In this document: positions 49,675 to 64,000 of the stretch, one piece after another
Layout: the number at the start of each line of letters is the position of its first letter
Numbering within the stretch: position 1 is the stretch's first letter
Assembly: GCF_902652985.1 (NCBI RefSeq)
Contig: NC_047019.1
Coordinates: 30,938,001-31,002,000, forward strand
DNA length: 64,000 bases
Direction: 5' to 3'
Origin: Pecten maximus
Lineage: Eukaryota
Notes under the pieces: generated by a model
What the model saw: the letters and a program-made list of their open reading frames with translations, nothing else
What the model was told of the DNA's origin: nothing
Database searches by the model: none
Program-made: the position numbers and the translations under genes

Positions 49675-50459
49675 TTGAATAGAACATTATTCAAATGTTA
49701 TACATGTCATATACGACCCGTTATTATAGAAAATTATTCAAATCTTACATGTTATATACGACCCCTTATAATAGAAAACAAGTAATATGTTACACGTTGT
49801 ATTTGGCCTGTTATAATCAATGATAATTGAAAATTTGTAAGATGTTAGATGCTATATACGACCCGGCCGTTATAATAGGAAATTAGTAAGATTCGGTGTC
49901 TTCTCAGTATACATGTAAGGTATTTTGTTGGCCAAGTGAGACTATGTGTGAAAGGTAGAACAATAGGAGATAATTACAGGTAAGGCTATAGACTGCTTCA
50001 TAAAACTTCAAACTTTCATGAGGATGTCATCGTGATCTATTTCTAATGAGTTATTTCTTTTATTTCAACAGACCGAAAGGTCCAATTACAGATTGGTTAA
50101 AATTAATAAAATATACCATACGATTAAATTAAATGCATAGTAAGAACAAATACAGTATATAAAGAGCATACACTTGTAAAATAGAATTTATGTCCTAAAT
50201 AAATATCATCTAACAATCATGTTATGAACAGCAAACAAAACCCAACTAATTCTAAGTCCAACTTAAATCTATCAAGTAAGATGTTAAAAACCTGTCAGAA
50301 ACATGCCTAAGGTAGTTAGAATTAATTTGGACATTACATTTTTACATTAATCCTGCATTTACAGGGATAAAATAGAATTGAGCTACTCAACTTAAAAACC
50401 GATATGGAACTAAAAAGTTAATTTCTCCTGTGAAATAACTACAAAGTTCAATCAAGCAG

Positions 50460-52555
50460 GTTATGTAGATTTGAATAAACATGAGCATTGGTTACGTGAA
50501 TTTAATATGTCCTTTATGGATACATTTAAATCTATTGGGAACGGTGTTATTGCTAAACCTGTCTTTGAATTAGATCCGTTTAAGTACAAATGCAACATCA
50601 GAGGAGGAGTTGCTATGTTATATAAAGAATCCTCTTTCAGAGTCCAAGAGATCAAAGTCGATAGCCTGAGAATAGTTGGGGCTGAGTTTACGTTATCTAA
50701 TGATATAGTAATTTATTGTTTTGTTTCATACATGCCAGCTTCGAGAAGTATTGAATTGTTCATAGAACATGTTGAGCTTCTGGAATGTACGGTTTACTCT
50801 GAAAAGGGACAGGTTATATTAATGGGAAACATGAACGTTAAAATACTTGGTCCTAAGTGTATTTTCGTAGAAAACGAAAGATCGAGTATTTTTCCTGGGT
50901 TTTTAAACAGGTGTAATCTAATATCAATGGATGTACAGGCTAATTTTATCGGACCAAATAGTACTTTTCTCCCTCAGACTGGCAAATCAACACTTATCGA
51001 CCATATAATTATTGAATCAAGTATGTCTGATTTAGTAGGTACTGTGGCTATTTTAGAGGAAAGCGATTTGAATCTTTCTGTACAAACTTAATGATATCGG
51101 TATTACTTCAAGGCCATGGCATATTTTAAAAGCAATATATACAGATATAACAAGTAGTGTTTTATTTAATGGTTTGACTTCAAGATGGATCCGTATGGAG
51201 AGAAGGATTTTACAGGGGAGTGCGTTGTCTGCCAAAATGTACCTTGTATTCATAAACAGTTTATTAGACACAATAGAAAAATGTGAAAATGGTGACTAAT
51301 TGTTGACTTGAGAATAAACATACCAACACAAGCTGATGATATATGTCTGATTAGTATACAACGTAAAAGCTTACAGAATATACTCGAGATATGTGATTTG
51401 TATAGTAAAAAGTGGCGTTTCACTTTTTCTGCGGTAAAAAGTAAAATAATGTTTCTCTAGAAAAAAGAATCGCAATCTTGATGCGAAAGTGTATCTTTAC
51501 GAGCATCTTCTCCCGGTGGTTAAAGAAATAACTCATGTTGGTGCAATGTTAAACTATAATTTTAATAGTATCGAACGCACAGTACGTGCATGTAATAAGC
51601 TTAGAGTGGTGTCATGAGTTTAATTAGAAGTGGAGCTCATCCATGTGCGTTAAATCCATTAACTTTTTGTAAAATAATTAAATCAAAAGTATATGTATAT
51701 GCTTCGGCTCTTTATGGGTGTGAATTATGGTGTCTTTTGAAAAGTGAACTTTTAATACTAGAAAGAGCACAGCGTTTTATTTAAAATCAATTCAAGGTTT
51801 TCATACAAGAACTCGTACTGATATGTGCACGGGTCTTCTTGGATGGTGGAGTATAGAAGCATACATAGACACTAAGAAATTATTGTTTTTCCTATCTGGT
51901 ATTTTTTACTCGACTTTTTTATGGCAGATATGGATACCAACATGTACAATAACGGGTTTACAAGTGACATAATAATAATTCTAAAGAAATACGATTTATA
52001 CAAATTCTTACAAGAATACTTATCAGATGGAGTATTTGCAGTGAAAAGTAAATGGATAGCGAAAGTAAAATATAATGTATTTTTCTACATTTATACGAAG
52101 AAAAAGTATGGAGAGAGAGAATGATAAGTGATCCTGATTTTCACAGGTTTCTGATAGTTCATGGCAATTTAACTCCTCACATGTTTTGGAAATTACTGAT
52201 AAAATTCCCTCATAGTAGAGAAGCCATATATAAAATAATGTCAGTAATTATAAGTTTAAGACAACCAGAGAAGGAATTATGTCACAAGTGTGGTAAAATG
52301 TATAATTATGTATATGTTCATATCGTTTTACAATGTGCCTTTACAGAACAAGTAAGAGATCAGTTATGGTGTGAATTAATTAATACGTATGAAATTATGT
52401 TCAGTGTATATTTACATTCCCATTAAGATTTTCAGTTATTTTACATACTTATTGGTGGCAAAATTATATATGAACTGGATATGTCAGAGTTAGTGGACTT
52501 CCGACTGTTATCGGTTAAGTATGTTTCAAAAATTCTGAACAAATATTATGAATAA
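50460..52555 (+). pseudogene. Degenerate LINE (APE endonuclease, RT C-terminal half, terminal CCHC), internally deleted; possibly RTE-X-like
   Basis: APE motifs EHWL, RGGVAMLYK, YMPA, MGNMN and TLIDHIII. RT motifs LQGSALS, TQADDICLIS and ALYGCELW. CHKC..HIVLQC near the end. Many stops and frameshifts. Confidence 0.82.
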
Positions 52556-52810
52556 TTACCTTAATATGTATTTTTCTTTCTCTCTTTATAACTCTTATGA
52601 CCGGTAACACCTGGCGCGTCATATGCCGAAACCAAGTTGAACTTCAAAGGTTAAGACTCTTTAATATTTCTTGGGGAAGGGAGATAACTCTTGCAGACCG
52701 GAAATGACACGAAAGGGAAAGTAGACCCACGTAACGTTACATACAAAAGCACGTTTACTAAACTTACATGTTGATAACGGATTTTTTCAGCAATGAAATG
52801 GCGAAAATGT

Positions 52811-58782
<5,972 letters not shown>

Positions 58783-60615
58783 AGCCGTAATAAATGCTGT
58801 AATTGAAAGTGTACATTAATTATGTCTTCAGGTAAAATCTGCCTGATTCTTTGTAGAGCTTACTGGATATATTTTATTTCATGTTTTCATATAAATCTTA
58901 TTTGATTTTTAATGATTAATTTTGACAATTTTTGTTTTAAATTTATTGAAATACAAGTGACTTGTTTTAATATTTATGGTGCTGGAGTAGACTGGTGTGA
59001 TGCTGTTTGTGTCGAGGGATTTTTTTACCAGTTGAAGGCTGAGACAGATGACCTATGACAATCCATCTCCTGCTGTCATACTCATTCAACATTTTACATT
59101 TTGAAGTTGAAATTGAATCTTATTTCAAACTAATACTCTAGTTTAACTAAACTTAAAGGAAATTTAAAAACAGTGCTCGGTAAATCATCTTACCTAACAA
59201 TAACAACCTTAAAGGTTGAAAAATGCCTACCAATATATTTCTGGAAATTTCCTCTTCACATAACAGTATATGTATGTATACCTGTACGGTTCTCCAGTCA
59301 CTGCTCAATTGTTAGTCACATATATTCGTATAAAATGTAAATACCTTTTCTACATTCCATTTGTGTGAAAATGTATTGGTTATGAAGAAGTATCTATGCA
59401 CTGTAATAGTGGAATTTTTAATGTTTACATGTTTAGTAAACAGAACAGCAACACTATCAGTACAAGTAGAATTGAGCACCACACTGAAGATCCCACTAAC
59501 CCTGAAGTCGTTGTTGGCTGTATTTGAATGTTTGATATCAGTACAAGGTGTATGACCAGTATGATATGTAATTTATAGACTTTTGTGAGTTGTGTACTGT
59601 GATAGGTATCAGTATATGTATTAAGTATATTCTTTTTCCTTGTAAATTAATTCCCTGTTGAAATGCAGTATTATCTGTTGTTAACATAAATGTGTGATAA
59701 AACAGCTTTAAACTGTTTTAAATCATGTCTTGCCTGAAAGGCATATCCAAATTTAATCCCGCATGTTACAGAGTGGGAGTAGATCGGGAGCCGATACCAT
59801 CCACACCAGTAGATGAAGTTGAAGATGTCTCAATACTAGTTTCAAACTAATAGTATGATGACAACATCAGTGTGGTTACAATATGGATCTTTAAGGCTGT
59901 ATGTTACCTTACTATGTTGTAATGTGTAAGATATTGCATCAATCATTTTGACATGTACAACTTATAGCATCTTCTCACTTTAGTTGTTGTGCAATAGGTA
60001 CTGCATTTTGTCTCGATCTCACAAACTGAGGATTTTAATGTTTTCAAGATTCCTGTTGTATGATAGAAATTTTAGCATGTTGGACTTTTTGTTGGCACAA
60101 GTATTTTTTCAACAAAATAATGTATATCCAATTGTATCGATATTTCAAATACATGTACACTTTGAAAATACATGTAAGTACATAAGATATACTAGAAGCT
60201 GTTTACATACTGTGCTAGAAGCTTTTTAAGGAACAGGGCTTTTTTTCACTACTTTGGGAATGGGGCCTTTGGCTTTCAGGGATTGGGAAAAAATGTGCAG
60301 CAACAGGTAAATTGGAAAAAAATGGACGGAATGGTGAAAATAACAAGTAGACACAAATATGGATCTATGCTATATTTATTTAGACTCTAGAGCATTATCT
60401 CCCTTTATCAGGCCAGAATAACCAATAAAACGTTGACGGGACGGCACCATCCCGATTTTTAAAGACATACATATTTTAAAGATCATTCGATTGTGAATTT
60501 TAACTGGTCGGATTGGGAAAAATCTACAATTTTGCTGTGGGGAATGGGCCCAAAAAAAGCCGTGAGGAATAAGTCTTGTTTTTTAATTTTTGACTGGCGT
60601 GTAAACTGCATTTTT

Positions 60616-62569
60616 AGCTCACCTGGTCCGAAGGACCAAGGTGAGCTTATGCCATACCGTGGCGTCCGTCGTCCGTCGTCCGTCCGTCCGTCCGTCGTCC
60701 GTCGTCCGTCGTCTGTCGTCCGTCGTCCGTCGTCCGTCCGTCCGTCAACAATTGACTTCTTCTTCATAACCACTGATCAGAATTTGACCAAATTTGGTCA
60801 GAAGCATCCCTATGGGTAGGGGACTCAAAATTGTACAAATGATGGGGCTGACCCCCCAGGGGCCTGAGGGGCAGGGCCAAAAGGGGTCAATTTGGCTATA
60901 TTGATATAAATAACTTCTTCTCTGAAACCGAGCAAAGGATATTGCTCCTATTTGTCTGGAAGTATCACTATGGGGTGGGGATTCAAAATTGTACAAATGG
61001 TGGTGCTGACCCCCAGGGGCCTGAGGGGCGGGGCCAAAAGGGGTCAATTTGGCCATATTGATATAAACGACTTCTTCTCTGAAACCCAGTAAAGGATATT
61101 GCTCCTATTTGTCTGGAAGCATCACTATGGGGTGGGGATTCAAAATTGTACAAATGGTGGTGCTGACCCCCTAGGGGCCTGAGGGGCGAGGCAAAAATGG
61201 GTCAATATAGCTACCATATTGATATAAACGACTTCTTCTCTGGAACAGAGCAAAGGATATCACTCATATTTGCCTGGTAGCATAACTTTGGGGTGGGGAT
61301 TCAAAATTGTACAAATGATGGGACTGACCCCCTAGGGGCCTGAGGGGCGAGGCAAAAATGGGTCAATATAGCTATATTGATATAAACTACTTCTCTGGAA
61401 CCAAGCAAAGGATATCCCTCATATTTGCCTGGTAGCATCACTTTGGGGTGGGGATTCAAAATTGTACAAATGATGGGGCTGAACCCAGGGGCCGGAAGGG
61501 CGGGGCCAAATGTGGTCATTTGGGCTATATTGATATAAACAACTTCTTCTCTGAAACCGAACAAACGATATTGCTCATATTTGCCTGGTAGCAACAATAT
61601 GGGGTGGGGATTCAAAATTGTACAAATGGTGTGGCTGACCCCCGGGGGGCCCGAGGGGCGGGGCCAAGAGGGGTCAATTTTGCTGTATTGATATTAACGA
61701 CTTCTTCTCTGAAACCGAGCAAAGGATATTGCTCCTATTTGCCTGGAAGCAATCACTATGGGGTGGGGATTCAAAATTGTACAAATGGTGGTGCTGACCC
61801 CCTAGGGGCCTGTGAGGCGGGGCAAAAATGGGTCAATATAGCTATATTGATATTAACGACTTCTTCTCTGAAACTAAGCAATGGATATCACTCATATTTG
61901 CCTGGTAGCAACACCCTAGGGTAGGGATTCAAAATTGTACAAATGACAGGACTGACCCCAGGGGACCTAAGAGGTGGGGCCAAAAGGGGTTATTTTGGCA
62001 AAATTGATATAAACAACTTTTTCTCTGAAAATAAGCAATGGATATCTTTAATATGTGACTGGTAGCATTCACTTTGGTTAAGGATTCAAAATTGTACAAA
62101 TGATGGGGCCGACCCCCTGGAGGCTGAGGGGCTGGGCCAAAAGGGGTCAATTTGGCTAAATTGATATGAACAACTTCTCTGAAACAGCTCATATTTGACT
62201 ATTAGCATCCTATTGGGGTAGGGATTCAAAATTGTATAAAGGAAGGAGCTGACCCCAGGGGGCAGAGGGCAGGGTCAAAAGGGGCCAATTGGTCTATACA
62301 AGATCTTCTCTGAAACTAAGCTATGGATATCACTCACATTTGTGTGGTAGCATCCCTATGGGGTCACGCCAAAAGTCAATTTCATTTCATGGATTAATGT
62401 ACCTTTTGGCATTTTAGTATTAAAATAAAACCAATGTACATGTACCCATATAAAATGCTTATGATATATATTGACATAGCAATACCAGCGACAAATATAC
62501 TTAAGCATCATTCTTGTTTCATATCTCATGAAACCAGGTGAGCGATACAGGCCCTCTGGGCCTCTTGTT
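60616..62569 (+). mobile_element. Non-autonomous Helentron/HINE-type element carrying a ~158-bp satellite array
   Basis: Starts TT|AGCTCACCTGG with a 5' hairpin, then a (GTCC/GTC)n microsatellite at 60660-60745 and about 10 units marked by GGGATTCAAAATTGTACAAATG. Ends CCAGGTGAGCGATACAGGCCCTCTGGGCCTCTTGTT (subTIR plus 3' palindrome). Confidence 0.85.
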
Positions 62570-62701
62570 TTAGATATTTTAATGACGCATGGAAGTGTGT
62601 CATGTTGTAATATCTGTAGAAAATGCAGCTTACAATAACCAGTAATTGATAAAAAAGGAATTATTCCTTATGTTTACATTTTAACCTGTGTTTTACATGC
62701 T

Positions 62702-63122
62702 GTAAGACTTACTGTATCTAGGTGTGTATATACAATAAGACTTACTGTATCTAGGTGTGTATATACAATAAGACTTACTGTATCAGGTGTGTATATACAG
62801 TAAGACTTACTGTATCTAGGTGTGTATATACAGTAAGACTTACTGTATCTAGGTGTGTATATACAATAAGACTTACTGTATCAGGTGTGTATATACAGTA
62901 AGACTTACTGTATCTAGGTGTGTATATACAGTAAGACTTACTGTATCTAGGTGTGTATATACAGTAAGACTTACTGTATCTAGGTGTGTATATACAATAA
63001 GACTTACTGTATCAGGTGTGTATATACAGTAAGACTTACTGTATCTAGGTGTATACATACAGTAAGACTTACTGTATCTAGGTGTGTATATACAGTAAGA
63101 CTTACTGTACCTAGGTGTATAT
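62702..63122. repeat. 33-bp minisatellite (about 13 copies)
   Basis: Unit AGACTTACTGTATCTAGGTGTGTATATACA(G/A)TA, with 32-bp variants. Confidence 0.93.
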
Positions 63123-64000
63123 AGTATACTTGCTCCAGCTTGTGATATCTCAATGTACTTAGGTTGAGCTTGACCAACATTTTTGACTACCAAAGTATTG
63201 GAGTTCTACATTTCTGATATATCAGTCACAGAGAAGTTTTATTTTAATAATATTATATATTCATAATTATACAAGTTGTGATAGAAAATATTACAGGTTA
63301 TTAAAATTATAATTTTTTCTAAGAAACTTTGAGTATTGGTTATTTTTTGCTGGTGAGACATATTTGACTAAGTATACCAACATCTTACTTGGTATTGTGC
63401 TAATGAGATTGTCATTGTGTGGTGTCAGGAGTCCATCCGTCATTTCTCCCTTTAAACAACTTCTAAGCAATAACCAAGATCCTTTATGCTGTGGTGCATT
63501 GTCCATTGCCTGTCCACCATCAACTTTTTTCCTTTAAACAACTTCTCAATAACTGTCGGGCACAGAGACCTGATATTGGGCCAGTACCATGCTGGGATGA
63601 AGGCCTAGGGCTACCAGGTTTGTTCAAATGACTGACCTTGATAAACTTTCAAGGTCACGGGTCAAATATAGTGATTTTTTTAAACTTCAAAAGTAACATT
63701 CTGTCCCCTATGGGTTATGATATTGGGCCAGTAGCATGCTGGAATGAAGGGTCTACCAAGTTTTTACCTTTACTTACATCCAAGGTCATGAGAATATAAA
63801 ACGTGTTGATTTTTACCTGAATGAGCAAGATAGCTAGGTGTGTGCTACTCAGCCAGTAGTGTACTCGGATGAAGGACAATAGAATTTGAATAATGTGGCT
63901 ATCAGCTTAGCATGCACATAAACGACTATCACAACTTCAAAGATTATTAGAAGGTGAATGATGCAGGCCCATTTAGCCTCCTGTTCAATACCATAATACT

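Overview
AT-rich, intron-containing animal DNA, most likely a bivalve mollusc judging by its repeat families. Host genes: the large terminal coding exon of FoxO (5851-7476) and two tandem six-exon MFSD9-like transporter paralogs (24174-32789, intact; 52811-58782, with an apparent +1 frameshift in exon 1). The roughly 20 kb between the paralogs is dense with transposable elements. The main one is a 6.9-kb Polinton/Maverick (37967-44849) with AGTAGT termini, ~290-bp near-identical TIRs and a perfect 6-bp TSD (GCAAAG), inserted into a LINE remnant. It carries a decayed protein-primed DNA polymerase B, an intact packaging ATPase fused to zinc-finger, polyP, polyQ and acidic segments, and an intact chromodomain integrase, but no capsid or protease genes. 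Smaller signals: two probable P-element-type excision footprints (tiny CAGAGAC palindromes with 7-bp duplications), a miniature LTR element whose LTRs contain a tRNA-Thr-like sequence, a SINE with a structured 5' leader, several Helentron/HINE satellite-carrying elements, MITEs, a MULE remnant, LINE remnants and many minisatellites. All coordinates were read by eye and no database searches were run.
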